From positions 960,001 through 1,024,000 of the forward strand of contig CBDAON010000004.1 in assembly GCA_965198065.1 (NCBI GenBank): 64,000 nt of DNA, read 5' to 3'. The stretch is from Longimicrobiales bacterium (lineage in GTDB: Bacteria; Gemmatimonadota; Gemmatimonadetes; Longimicrobiales; Gaopeijiaceae). Position 1 is the first letter of the stretch. Each line of letters starts with the position of its first letter. Both the position numbers and the translations under genes were made by a program. Of this stretch, positions 1 to 9,560 are shown one piece after another. Under the pieces are notes generated by a model that was not told the origin of the DNA, did no database searches, and was given only the letters and a program-made list of their open reading frames with translations.

Positions 1-539
1 CGGTGCTGGACCGCCTCGAGGGGACGGCCGCGCCGTTCCGCGGTCTCCTCTACGCGGGACTCATGATCACCGAGGACGGCCCGAAGGTGATCGAGTTCAA
101 CTGTCGCTTCGGCGACCCCGAGACGCAGGCGATCCTGCCCCTCATGGAGAGCTCTCTCCTAGACCTCATGCTTCCGGTCGCGCGCGGCGGGAGCGTGGGC
201 TCCCCGGACGTCCGATGGCGTGCGGGCGCCGCCTTGAACACCGTGCTTGCGTCCGGCGGGTATCCGGAAGCGCACGAGAAGGGGAAGGAAATCGACATTC
301 CCTCCGAGCTCCAGTCGAGCGAAGGCATCCTCCTGTTCCACGCCGGGACCCGGAGCGACGGGGGGAAGCTCGTCACCGCCGGCGGGAGGGTTCTTTCCGT
401 CGTCGGAATCGGCGACGATCTCGAGGGGGCCCGCGAGCGGAGCCTCCTCGGCGCGGATCGAATCCAGTTCGAGGGGAAGACGTTGCGGCGGGACATCGGG
501 GGACGGGCGTTCGAGTCCCGCGCCGCCCCGCAAAGCTGA
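1..539 (+). CDS. purD: Phosphoribosylamine--glycine ligase, C-terminal part (truncated by window start)
   Basis: Motifs GLLYAGLM, VIEFNCRFGDPETQ, LFHAGT, VTAGGRVL, RRDIG. Confidence 0.95.
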   Translation, partial: VLDRLEGTAAPFRGLLYAGLMITEDGPKVIEFNCRFGDPETQAILPLMESSLLDLMLPVARGGSVGSPDVRWRAGAALNTVLASGGYPEAHEKGKEIDIPSELQSSEGILLFHAGTRSDGGKLVTAGGRVLSVVGIGDDLEGARERSLLGADRIQFEGKTLRRDIGGRAFESRAAPQS

Positions 540-565
540 CCGCGACCTGCGAGGACCCACGACGG

Positions 566-1453
566 ATGCCCGAGCTTCCCGAGGTCGAGACGATCGTCCG
601 GGGCCTCCGTCGGCCTCTCCGCGGGCGGCGCGTCCGCGCGATCGAGGTCCTCCGCCCGGATCTGCTGGACACGACGGCTACCCGCTTCAGTAGCGCGATC
701 GTGGGCGCGAGCTTCAGCAGGGTGGCCCGCCGAGGGAAGAACCTCCTCCTCCACCTGGAGGCGGGCCCGAACGGCGGACGCCCCACTCGCCGGCAGCCTG
801 ACGGGGCAGCCGGGCCCGGGACGCTGGTCGTCAACCTGGGGATGTCCGGGCGCCTCCTCGTCCGGGCTCCGGCCGATTCTGCTCCCGAGCCGACCCATCC
901 GGGCGTCCGCTTTCGACTGGACGACGGGAGCGTGCTCGTGTACCACGACGTCCGCCGTTTCGGCAGGCTCCGCGTGATGGACCCCGGCGCCCTCGCCGCC
1001 TGGTCGGACTGCCTCGGTCCGGAGCCGCTCTCGCGCGGCTTCACGGCCCGAGCGCTCGAGGAGGCGCTTCGCCGCTCGGCGGCCCCCATCCGTTCGTGGC
1101 TCCTGGACCAGCGGCGGATCGCGGGCGTGGGAAACATCTACGCCAACGAAGCCCTGTTCCGGGCTCGCGTCCATCCCGGAGCACCCGCGAGAGGCGTCGT
1201 CGGAGGGGCAACGAAGCGCCTCCATCGAGCGCTCCGCGCCGTGCTCCGCGAGGCTATCGACTCGAACGGGACGACTCTCCGAGACTATCGGACGGCTCGG
1301 GGACGGGAGGGGGGCTACGGGGCGCGCCTTCGGGTGTATGGGAGAGAGGGCCGCCCGTGTCCCAGCTGCCGCCGGCCGATCGCCCGGGTCACCTTCGGTG
1401 GGCGCTCCGCGTACTTTTGCCGCTCGTGCCAACCCCGGAGGATCGTCCGTTGA
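566..1453 (+). CDS. mutM: Formamidopyrimidine-DNA glycosylase (Fpg)
   Basis: N-terminal MPELPEVE, RRGK, LGMSG, GVGNIYANE (H2TH) and C-terminal zinc finger CPSC...CRSC; start set at ATG 566. Confidence 0.95.
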   Translation: MPELPEVETIVRGLRRPLRGRRVRAIEVLRPDLLDTTATRFSSAIVGASFSRVARRGKNLLLHLEAGPNGGRPTRRQPDGAAGPGTLVVNLGMSGRLLVRAPADSAPEPTHPGVRFRLDDGSVLVYHDVRRFGRLRVMDPGALAAWSDCLGPEPLSRGFTARALEEALRRSAAPIRSWLLDQRRIAGVGNIYANEALFRARVHPGAPARGVVGGATKRLHRALRAVLREAIDSNGTTLRDYRTARGREGGYGARLRVYGREGRPCPSCRRPIARVTFGGRSAYFCRSCQPRRIVR

Positions 1454-3066
1454 GGCCGTCGACACCATCCGCGTTCGTTCCCGCTCGGCCGTCCTCGGCG
1501 CCCCCGGGGGGCTGGCGCCGCGCGTCCCGTGTCGGCTTCGTTCTCGTCCTCGGCTGGATCGGCGTCGCCCCGGCCCGACCCGCCCTCCAGGCGCAGGACG
1601 TGCCCGTCCCGATCGGGACCACGAACGGCGGGACCCCGACCCCAGACGGACGGGACCTTCCGGTCATCGAGCACGTGCTGTCGAACGGGATGCGCTTCCT
1701 CCTTCTTCGGCGGGAGGGGGCGCCCATCGTCTCCTTCGTGGCGCACGTGCCCGTGGGAAGCGTGAGCGAGTCCCTGGGCTCGACCGGGACCTCTCATTTC
1801 GTGGAGCACCTCCTCTTCAAGGGCACGACCACGATCGGAACGCGGGACCTCGTGGCGGAGCGGGCGCTCTTCGCCCGTATGGACGCAGCCCACGACACCC
1901 TCGTTCGAGCGAGGGGGCGCCTCCCGGTGCCGGCCCGGGAGGAGATCGAGAGGCTCGAGGCCAGGATCGCCTCGCTGGAGGACTCCGCCCGGGCATTCGT
2001 CGTCCCGAACGAGTACAACGAGATCCTGGAGCGGAGCGGGGCCCGGGGGCTCAACGCCACGACGAGCCTCGAGGCCACGCAGTACTTCGTCGAGCTCCCG
2101 GCGAACCGCGCGAAGCTCTGGTTCGTGCTGGAGGCCGACCGCATCCGAAGTCCCGTGTTCCGAGAGTTCTTCACCGAGAGAGACGTGATCGCTGAAGAGC
2201 GGCGTGCGCGGGTGGACGCGTCTCCCGGAGGCGCCCTACTGGAGGCGCATCTCGCCGCGGCGTTCCTCGTTCATCCCTACGGGGTGCCTCCGACCGGATA
2301 CGAGGACGACATCCAGGCCCTCTACCGCCCGGACGTCGAGGCTCACTACCGCCGCTACTACGGTCCGAACAACACGACGGTCGCCGTGGTGGGCGACTTC
2401 GACCCGGACTCGGCGCGCGTCTGGGCCGATCGATACTTCGGATCGATCCCGCCCGGAGACCCCGTCCCGCTCGTACTAGTGCGGGAGCCCGAGCAGCGGG
2501 GCGAGCGGCGGATCGAGGTCCTCTTCGACGCCGAGCCTCAACTGAGGATCGGCTGGAAGGTGCCCGCGGAGATCGACGCGGAGGGCCCGGCCCTGAGCGT
2601 GCTGGCCAACCTACTCGTGGCCGGACGTGACTCGCGCCTCTACCGGAGGCTCGTTCGGGAGGACCGGCTCGCCTCCTCGGTGACCGCCGGGGCCGGTCCC
2701 GGCTCCCTCTATCCGGGCCTCTTCACGATTCAGGCGGCCCCGCTGGCCCCACATACGGCCGAGGAAGTCGAAGCCGCGATCTACGAGGAGCTGGAACGCC
2801 TCGCCGCCGAACCGCCGACCGAGGGTGAGCTCGACCGCGTGCGCACCCGCCTGCAGGCCGCGGGCGTACGGCGCCTCACCTCGAACCAGGGGCTCGCCTT
2901 CCAGCTCGTGAGCTCCCAGGCCCTATGGGGAGGCTGGCGTGAGACGTTCCTCTTCCAGGACCGGATGGGGGCCGTGGGGCCGGACGACATCGTGGACCTG
3001 GTCCGACGCTACTTCCGGGACGAGCGACGGACGGTCGCGATCCTGAGACGCGAGGACGGCCCGTGA
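1450..3066 (+). CDS. M16 family zinc metallopeptidase, catalytic subunit, probably exported
   Basis: Inverted zinc motif HFVEHLLFKG, LNATTS, ERDVIAEERR, HPYG, YYGPNN; hydrophobic signal segment; TTG start overlapping the mutM stop is inferred. Confidence 0.85.
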   Translation: MRPSTPSAFVPARPSSAPPGGWRRASRVGFVLVLGWIGVAPARPALQAQDVPVPIGTTNGGTPTPDGRDLPVIEHVLSNGMRFLLLRREGAPIVSFVAHVPVGSVSESLGSTGTSHFVEHLLFKGTTTIGTRDLVAERALFARMDAAHDTLVRARGRLPVPAREEIERLEARIASLEDSARAFVVPNEYNEILERSGARGLNATTSLEATQYFVELPANRAKLWFVLEADRIRSPVFREFFTERDVIAEERRARVDASPGGALLEAHLAAAFLVHPYGVPPTGYEDDIQALYRPDVEAHYRRYYGPNNTTVAVVGDFDPDSARVWADRYFGSIPPGDPVPLVLVREPEQRGERRIEVLFDAEPQLRIGWKVPAEIDAEGPALSVLANLLVAGRDSRLYRRLVREDRLASSVTAGAGPGSLYPGLFTIQAAPLAPHTAEEVEAAIYEELERLAAEPPTEGELDRVRTRLQAAGVRRLTSNQGLAFQLVSSQALWGGWRETFLFQDRMGAVGPDDIVDLVRRYFRDERRTVAILRREDGP

Positions 3067-4577
3067 CGATTCTCACGGCGCTCGCCCTCGCCTCCGTCGT
3101 CGCGGTCCAGGTCCCGGTGGGCGCTGCCCCCGCCGGGGAGCCAGAGACCACGCCGCCCGTCGGCCGGGCCGCTGTCGAGGCTCTCACGTTCCCCCCACTC
3201 GTGCTCGATCCGCCGGAAGCGGACGAGCACGACGTCCTCGGAGTGCCCGTCTTCCACCTCCACGACCCGACGCTTCCCCTCGTGGACCTGAACGTCCAGC
3301 TACGCGGAGGGCCGGGGCACTTTCCGCGCGAGGACCTGGCCGTGACGACCGCCTTGCCGACGCTCTTCCGCGCCGGAGGGACCGCCGAGCTTTCCCCCAA
3401 CTCGGTGGACGCGCGTCTGGACGCGCTAGCGCTCGATCTTGCCGTCACGGCCGGAGCCGGCGGCATGGCGATCGGCCTGAATGGGCTCACGCCGACCTTC
3501 GCCCGAGGGCTCGATCTCCTTGGCGAGATGCTCCTCCGTCCGGCCTTCGATCGGGAGGCGATCGAGGTCTGGAGAGGGCAGGAGCTCTCCCGTGTGCAGA
3601 GGCGCGAGGACAATCCGGGCTCGCTCGCGATCTCCGAGTTCAATCGCCTCATGTTCGGCGATCACCCGGTCGGTTGGGTGATGACCGCCGACGATCTCAG
3701 TCCCGATCGTGTCTCCGAGGCCGAGCTGCGCCGCGCGCACGCCACCATCATGTGCCGGGATCGGCTCATCCTCGGGGTCTCGGGTGACCTAACATGGGAG
3801 GAGGCGGAGCCCCTGATCCGCGGCTTCCTGGACCCCTGGCCCGCGTGCGAGCGCCCTCTCGTCCCATCGCCAGCGCCGGAGCTCCGCGAGGAAGGGGGCG
3901 TCTTCGTCCTCCCCCGGAGCACGGATCAGAGCACGGTGATCGTCGCCGGACCCGGGGGAGTTCGGCTAGAGGACTCCCCCGAGTTCTTCGCTTCGCGGAT
4001 CGCGGACCACCTTCTCGGCGCGGGCGGCTTCGGCTCCCGTCTCCTATCGACCCTCCGAACGAACGAGGGCCTCGCCTACGGGGCCTACTCGGTCTGGACG
4101 GCATCGCCCCGGCACGAGGGGATCGCCGGCGCGGCGACGGCCACGCGCCCCGAGCGAACCATCCAGGCCACTCGGCTCCTCCTCGAGACGATCGATCGGA
4201 TGCGAGCCGACCCTCCGGGAGCCGAGGAGGTCGCCCGCGCCCAGGAGGAGATCTCCAACAGGTACGTGTTCGCGTTCGGATCCGCGGCGCAAATCGTCGC
4301 GCGGCGCATGGCGTACCGTGCCCAGGACCTTCCCCCGACGTGGCTCGAGCGATACTTCGAGGGCCTCGGTGAGGTCACGCCTGGCGCCGTGGACCGGGTG
4401 GCCGACGAGCACCTCGATCCGGCGGGCATGACGATCCTGATCGTCGGGGACCCGGCCCGGTTCGACCCGGGCCTCGACACCCTCGGCCCCGTGTACCGGC
4501 TCCTTCCCGACGGGCGCTACGAACCCTGGGTCAGCCCGGCTTCCGCCCCCGGTGGAGGGCCGCAATCCCTCCCGTGA
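3063..4577 (+). CDS. M16 family peptidase, non-catalytic partner subunit
   Basis: No HxxEH; has GGFGSRL...LRTNEGLAY (R/Y pair); signal peptide; GTGA overlap with the upstream gene. Confidence 0.85.
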   Translation: MTILTALALASVVAVQVPVGAAPAGEPETTPPVGRAAVEALTFPPLVLDPPEADEHDVLGVPVFHLHDPTLPLVDLNVQLRGGPGHFPREDLAVTTALPTLFRAGGTAELSPNSVDARLDALALDLAVTAGAGGMAIGLNGLTPTFARGLDLLGEMLLRPAFDREAIEVWRGQELSRVQRREDNPGSLAISEFNRLMFGDHPVGWVMTADDLSPDRVSEAELRRAHATIMCRDRLILGVSGDLTWEEAEPLIRGFLDPWPACERPLVPSPAPELREEGGVFVLPRSTDQSTVIVAGPGGVRLEDSPEFFASRIADHLLGAGGFGSRLLSTLRTNEGLAYGAYSVWTASPRHEGIAGAATATRPERTIQATRLLLETIDRMRADPPGAEEVARAQEEISNRYVFAFGSAAQIVARRMAYRAQDLPPTWLERYFEGLGEVTPGAVDRVADEHLDPAGMTILIVGDPARFDPGLDTLGPVYRLLPDGRYEPWVSPASAPGGGPQSLP

Positions 4578-5268
4578 GATAGGCCCAATCGACGTCCCGT
4601 AGGCCGGCCGCGCCGAGCCGGCGCGCGAGATCCTCCGGGCCCGGAAACTCCCGCACGCTCTCCGGCAGGTAGGCGTACGCCCAGCGGTGACCCGAGACGA
4701 TTCTTCCCACGACGGGAAGGACGTGCCGGAAGTAGAGGAGGTAGAACGCCTGGATCAGCCTACCCGGGGGCGTCGCGAACTCGAGGACCACGAGCCTCCC
4801 ACCCGGTCGAAGCACCCGGGCGAGCTCCCTCAGCCCGGCGTCAGGGTCCGAGAGATTACGAACCCCGAAGGCGACCATCGCCCCGTCGAAGGTCCCGCTC
4901 GGAAACGGGAGCGCGAGCCCGTCCCCACAGACGAGGCGAACGCCCCGTCCGTCGAGCTTCCTCGCCCCCTCGACCAGCATCGGGCGGGCAAAGTCCAGGG
5001 CGACGATCCGGCCCTCGAAGCCGGCACGGCCGGCCAGCTCGAGGCTCAAGTCGAGCGTCCCGGCGCACGCGTCCAGGACCCGGGCCGAGGGATCCCCGCC
5101 GAGAGTCCCTAGGCCATCCACGGCCACCCTCCGCCACCATCGGTCGCGGTTCAGGCTCAGGACGTGATTCAGGAGGTCGTACGTGGGAGCGATCGCCGAG
5201 AACAGAGCTCGCACCTGCCGCTCGCGTTCCCTCCCGCGGTGCGGCCGGGCTTCCGGTACGGTCGCCAT
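4531..5268 (-). CDS. menG: Demethylmenaquinone methyltransferase (UbiE/MenG)
   Basis: FSAIAPTYDLLNHVLSL, LDACAGTLDL, FGVRN, RVLRPGG, YAYLPESV. Confidence 0.9.
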   Translation of the reverse strand: MATVPEARPHRGRERERQVRALFSAIAPTYDLLNHVLSLNRDRWWRRVAVDGLGTLGGDPSARVLDACAGTLDLSLELAGRAGFEGRIVALDFARPMLVEGARKLDGRGVRLVCGDGLALPFPSGTFDGAMVAFGVRNLSDPDAGLRELARVLRPGGRLVVLEFATPPGRLIQAFYLLYFRHVLPVVGRIVSGHRWAYAYLPESVREFPGPEDLARRLGAAGLRDVDWAYLTGGIAALHRGRKPG

Positions 5269-5311
5269 CGGGTTCCGAGTCGAGTACGTTGGAGATCGTT
5301 GTGGAGGTCCT

Positions 5312-5338
5312 CGAAACCTCATGGCTCCACCCACCGTA
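5312..5338 (+). promoter_or_regulatory. ECF sigma promoter candidate (autoregulatory), CGAAAC-N17-CGTA
   Basis: About 80 nt upstream of the ECF gene; same architecture recurs at 6016 and 9461; resembles the SigW-type TGAAAC...CGTA consensus. Confidence 0.75.
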
Positions 5339-5418
5339 GGGAAGGCCAGCGGGGTTTAGCGACTCGAGTTCCCTGCAGGTGCCGCGCGCCTGCAACTACG
5401 TCGGAGAGCCGCCCAGCG

Positions 5419-6009
5419 GTGGACCTGAGCCACCTTGGAGATCCGGAACTCGTCGCCGAGGCCTGCCGCGGAACGGAGGAGGCCTTCCGGGAGCTCCTCT
5501 CGCGATACGAGGGGCCGGTGTTCTCGCTCGTGCTCCGAATGGTCCGCGACCGGGCCCTGGCCGAGGACCTGGCCCAGGAAGCGTTCATCAAGGCGTTTCA
5601 GGCAATCCACACCTACGACTCCTCGTACAAGCTTTCCAGTTGGCTCTTCAAGATCGCGAACAACCTGACCATCGATCACCTGAGGCGGCGCCGGTTGGAC
5701 ACGATCTCCATAGACGGGTCCGCGAACGCGGCGTCAGCGGCCGAGGCCGAGCGCACCAGCATCACGCTCGAGTCCGGGGATGAAACGCCCGAGGAGTTCA
5801 CGGAAAACCGGGAGCTCGGGACCCAGATCGAGAGGGCGATTGGCGAGCTCCGTCCCCAGTACCGCACGGCGGTCCTGCTGCGGCACGTCGAAGGACTCAG
5901 CTACGAGGAGATTGCGGGGATCATGGAGCTCCCCCTCGGCACTGTGAAAACCTACATCCACCGTGGGCGTACGGAGCTTAAGGAAGCTCTCACGGGAGTC
6001 GCGGGATGA
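5419..6009 (+). CDS. ECF RNA polymerase sigma factor (SigW/RpoE-like)
   Basis: AEDLAQEAF, SWLFKIANNLTIDHLRRR, EGLSYEEIA...LGTVKTYIHRGR; GTG start inferred. Confidence 0.92.
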   Translation: MDLSHLGDPELVAEACRGTEEAFRELLSRYEGPVFSLVLRMVRDRALAEDLAQEAFIKAFQAIHTYDSSYKLSSWLFKIANNLTIDHLRRRRLDTISIDGSANAASAAEAERTSITLESGDETPEEFTENRELGTQIERAIGELRPQYRTAVLLRHVEGLSYEEIAGIMELPLGTVKTYIHRGRTELKEALTGVAG

Positions 6010-6015
6010 GCCGGC

Positions 6016-6042
6016 CGAAACCTGCACTCTCCGGGTCCCGTA
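6016..6042 (+). promoter_or_regulatory. ECF promoter candidate CGAAAC-N17-CGTA upstream of the anti-sigma gene
   Basis: Same -35 (CGAAACCT), -10 and spacing as 5312-5338; followed by RBS AGGAGG before GTG 6074. Confidence 0.75.
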
Positions 6043-6073
6043 CGTATGGGTGTTTCGAATCTAGGAGGTTGGC

Positions 6074-7036
6074 GTGAGCAGGCTGTCGCCACATGTAGGG
6101 GTCGAGGTCCTCCAGAGCTGGCTGGAAGGGGAGCTCGACGCCGTCCGTAGCGCCGAAGTCGAGGCGCACCTCCAGGCGTGTGCGCGCTGTGCCTCCGAGA
6201 TCGAGGGCTGGCGTCTCCTCTTCGAGGAGCTGCAGGAGCTCCCGAAGCTCGCCCCGTCCGCCCACTTCCAAGGACCGGTGCTGGATCGGCTCTCCCGCTC
6301 AGCACCCCGACCCGAGCCGCTCCCGGCGAGGCTCGGGAGGTGGCTCGTCGGGTGGATTCGGCTTCCGGGCTACCGGGCGGGCCACGGTCATCTCGCTCCG
6401 GCGCGAATCCAGGCGCTCCTGGACGGGCCCCTTCCGCAGCGGATCCACGCCCGTGTGGAGGCCCACCTGGCTCTCTGTCTCCGGTGCGCGAAGGAGGTCG
6501 CGGCCTGGCGCGCGATGCTCGACGACCTGAACGCGCTTCCGGCCGTCCGGCCCACGGCAGGCTTCCGGGACCGGGTGATCCAGGGCCTCCGCGAGCGGAC
6601 CGCCGTCGTTCTGGTGTCCACCCCCACGCTTTCCGATCGCGTATGGGCCGGGGTCCTCGGGATCGTGCCGGCGACGCGGCAAGCCAGGGCGTTCGCGGCG
6701 GGGCTCGTCCTGGCGCCCGCGCTCGGGGTCCTGGTGCTTTTCGCGGCCGTCGTAGCTAACCCGCTGCTCACCCCCGTCGACCTCGCCGCATACCTGTCCT
6801 GGCTGGCGTCGGACGCTCTGCGCGCGGGGTTCGACTGGGTGGTCGCCGAGGCCGCGGGAAGCCCGATCCTCCTCCAGGTCGTGGCCCTCACTCAGCTGGT
6901 TGTCTCGTCCCCCGTGTCCGCCCTCTCGTTAGTGGGAGCCGTATGGCTCACGACGATGGCCGCCGCATGGGTCCTCTATCGAAACATCGTCGCACCCTCC
7001 GTCGAGGCGATTCGTCATGTTCGGGCATCTTCGTAA
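6074..7036 (+). CDS. Membrane-anchored anti-sigma factor with two tandem zinc-binding (ZAS/zf-HC2) domains
   Basis: Two HxxxCxxC motifs (HLQACARC, HLALCLRC), each followed by a P-x-x-F helix; C-terminal hydrophobic helices; directly after the ECF gene. Confidence 0.85.
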   Translation: MSRLSPHVGVEVLQSWLEGELDAVRSAEVEAHLQACARCASEIEGWRLLFEELQELPKLAPSAHFQGPVLDRLSRSAPRPEPLPARLGRWLVGWIRLPGYRAGHGHLAPARIQALLDGPLPQRIHARVEAHLALCLRCAKEVAAWRAMLDDLNALPAVRPTAGFRDRVIQGLRERTAVVLVSTPTLSDRVWAGVLGIVPATRQARAFAAGLVLAPALGVLVLFAAVVANPLLTPVDLAAYLSWLASDALRAGFDWVVAEAAGSPILLQVVALTQLVVSSPVSALSLVGAVWLTTMAAAWVLYRNIVAPSVEAIRHVRASS

Positions 7037-8549
7037 CGGCATCGTCCCGGTACTGATCCTCGCGGCGTTCGCCGCGGGAGCTCCGCCCGGGGCCGACGCG
7101 CAGGAGCCCCGGGTGGTCTCCAGCCAGATCACGGTCTCGGGAACCGAGGCAACCCTCGAGATGGAGCTCTCGGGTGGAGGCGATCTGACGGTCGCGCTCC
7201 AGAACGGACGCCTCCTCCTGAACGGGGAGGAGGCGGGGCGGCTCCAGGCTGGAGGTCCGCTTGAGGCCGCCTGGAGGGAGCTCCTCGGTCGAGCCATCGC
7301 GACTGAACCCGCGGCCCTCGACGAGCTCTTGCTCGGCTGGGAGCCCCCGGCCGCCATGCCTGCCGACGCGAGCGCGGCGGCCGCCGCGCTCTCCGATCGG
7401 TTCGACACCGTGCTCGGCCCGGGATCGCCCCAGGTCCCGGCCAACGTCTTGACCGGGGCGGGGACCGCGAGCGATCTGGGAGCGCTGGTGTGGACCGGAC
7501 CGCGCCTCCGCCTGCTCGCTCAGGCCGTGGAGGAGCTGGGGATGGACGGCCCGCTCGAGACGCACGTGCGCGAGACTGTTCGGGTTCCCGCCGGAGAGAC
7601 CCTCGAGAGCTCGCTCGTCTCCGTGGACGGTCAGCTCTTGGTGGACGGAACGATCGATGGGGACGTCGTGCTCCTCGGAGGGAGCCTCGAGCTCGGCCCG
7701 GAGGCGCGGGTGACGGGCTCCGTCCGCTGGGCCGACGCCCGGGTCGTGGGAAGCACGTCCGGGGTGACGGGAGGCGTCGAGCGAATCGCGGTCACGGAGT
7801 CCGTCTCCACCAGCAGCAACCTCGCCGACAGATCCCCGATCGTGGACATCCGGGACGAGATCCGCCGCGAGGTGGAGGCAGCCCGCGAGGCCGAGGGGTC
7901 CCGCGGGGGCCTGCTCTCGCCGCTGCGCAACATCGGCCAGGGCATCGCCGGGCTGTTCCAGACCTTCGTCACTTTCGGGATCCTCTTCGCCCTGGGACTC
8001 GGGGTCCTGTACTTCTTCCCCCGCCAAATCGAGGTCGTGGCCCGCACGGCCCGCACGGTGACGGGGCGGGCAGCGCTGGTGGGAGCGGCGGGGCTCGTTC
8101 TCGCGTGCCCGGTGTGGGTGGTCGGGACGGCCCTCCTGGCCGTGTCGATCGTCGGAATCCCCGCCCTTCTGATCTGGGTCCCTGGGGTCCCGCTCGCGGT
8201 CGCCATATCCATGCCGCTCGGCTACCTGGCCGTGGCGCGGAGCCTGGGCCAGTGGCTCTCGGGGCGTGGGATCGGAGCGCTCGGCCGGCTCGACCAGACC
8301 CGACCCGCCGTCCACGTGGGCGTGGGTATCACGATGCTCCTCGCCGCCTTCGCTCTGGCCCATGTGTTCGAGATGGCCGGTGGGTGGCTCCGGCCCTTCG
8401 AGGTCATGTTCCAGATCATCGGCATGGGCTTCACCGCCCTCGCGATCTGTATCGGCGTGGGCGCCATCGTTCTCTCCCGGGCCGGGCGTGACCCGGCCTA
8501 TGCCGGGCCGGGTTGGGGACCGACCGGAGACGAGGGGCTGGAAACGTGA
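7017..8549 (+). CDS. Exported/membrane protein with a bactofilin-like beta-repeat segment and a C-terminal multi-TM domain
   Basis: Signal peptide (..GADAQ); V/I-x-G repeats DGQLLVDGTIDGDVVLLGGSLELG..VTGSV; about 5 TM helices at the C-terminus. Confidence 0.65.
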   Translation: MFGHLRNGIVPVLILAAFAAGAPPGADAQEPRVVSSQITVSGTEATLEMELSGGGDLTVALQNGRLLLNGEEAGRLQAGGPLEAAWRELLGRAIATEPAALDELLLGWEPPAAMPADASAAAAALSDRFDTVLGPGSPQVPANVLTGAGTASDLGALVWTGPRLRLLAQAVEELGMDGPLETHVRETVRVPAGETLESSLVSVDGQLLVDGTIDGDVVLLGGSLELGPEARVTGSVRWADARVVGSTSGVTGGVERIAVTESVSTSSNLADRSPIVDIRDEIRREVEAAREAEGSRGGLLSPLRNIGQGIAGLFQTFVTFGILFALGLGVLYFFPRQIEVVARTARTVTGRAALVGAAGLVLACPVWVVGTALLAVSIVGIPALLIWVPGVPLAVAISMPLGYLAVARSLGQWLSGRGIGALGRLDQTRPAVHVGVGITMLLAAFALAHVFEMAGGWLRPFEVMFQIIGMGFTALAICIGVGAIVLSRAGRDPAYAGPGWGPTGDEGLET

Positions 8550-9463
8550 TTCGGGGGCCGACGGATCTGGCGCTCCCCGGCCACGGCCGGCGGCCCGGTG
8601 GCGTGTGGGGGCGGGGAGCGGCCACGGCGCTCTTCATCCTCGGAGTCGCCACGCTCGGGACCCCGCCCGTCACCGGTCAGTCGCTCACCACGACGCAGAT
8701 CTCCCGCCAGGTTCAGGGCGAGGAGCGGCTGGACGTCACGGTCCGCTATTCTGCCGGAACCGCGCGCCTCCGGCCCACGGATTCGAGGACCCTCTACTCC
8801 CTCCGGCTCACCTACGACCCCGACCGAGTACGTCCTCTGCACGAGTACGCGGACGGGCGAGCGACGCTGGGGATCGACCGGCGCGGGACGGGAGGGATCG
8901 GCCCCTTCCTCCGGGGCGGCTTCCCGGACGCCGAGATGGATCTGACGCTCTCGACAAGGATCCCGATGGACCTCGCGCTCGAACTGGGTGCGGTCGAGGC
9001 CGAGCTGGACCTGGGCGGGCTCCGCCTCCGGACTCTGAGGCTCGAGACCGGCGCATCGGCGGGCGAACTCCGAGTGTCGGCCCCGAATCCCGAGGCGATG
9101 GAGACGGTGCAGATCCGCGTGGGAGCGGCTTCCTTTCATGCGAGGGAGCTCGGGAACCTGAATGCAGCCGAGGTGGAGGTGGAGGCTGGCGTGGGAGACA
9201 TCGAGCTGGATTTCGCGGGGCTCCGGCGCACCGAGACCGAGGTCCGCGTCCATCTCGGGGTCGGAAGCCTCGAGATCCGGGTGCCCGAAGAGGCGGGCCT
9301 TCGGCTGACGCGGGATTCGTTTCTGACATCCTTCGAGGCACCGGGGCTGGAGGCTCGCGACGGGGCGCTCTACTCCACGAACTGGGAGGCGGCCGAGCGT
9401 CGCATTCGCCTCGACGTGGACGCGTCCTTCGGCACGGTCACCGTGGTCCGCGTGCCCGACTGA
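8546..9463 (+). CDS. Exported beta-solenoid protein, LiaF/LiaG 'toast-rack' (DUF2154/DUF4097-like)
   Basis: Repeating LELGA-x-x-x-LDL / VEAGVGDIELD / HLGVGSLEIRVP units; GTGA overlap with the upstream gene. Confidence 0.7.
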   Translation: MIRGPTDLALPGHGRRPGGVWGRGAATALFILGVATLGTPPVTGQSLTTTQISRQVQGEERLDVTVRYSAGTARLRPTDSRTLYSLRLTYDPDRVRPLHEYADGRATLGIDRRGTGGIGPFLRGGFPDAEMDLTLSTRIPMDLALELGAVEAELDLGGLRLRTLRLETGASAGELRVSAPNPEAMETVQIRVGAASFHARELGNLNAAEVEVEAGVGDIELDFAGLRRTETEVRVHLGVGSLEIRVPEEAGLRLTRDSFLTSFEAPGLEARDGALYSTNWEAAERRIRLDVDASFGTVTVVRVPD

Positions 9464-9487
9464 ATCTTTCCCCCCTCCTCGCACGTA
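9461..9487 (+). promoter_or_regulatory. ECF promoter candidate TGAATC-N17-CGTA
   Basis: Same spacing and -10 as the two upstream copies; precedes a small membrane protein gene. Confidence 0.6.
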
Positions 9488-9560
9488 CTAAAGCTCGGGT
9501 CCACGGACGACAATGACTCGGAGCCGGCCCGCCGGTCTCCGTCACACGGGAGGAGAAGAG

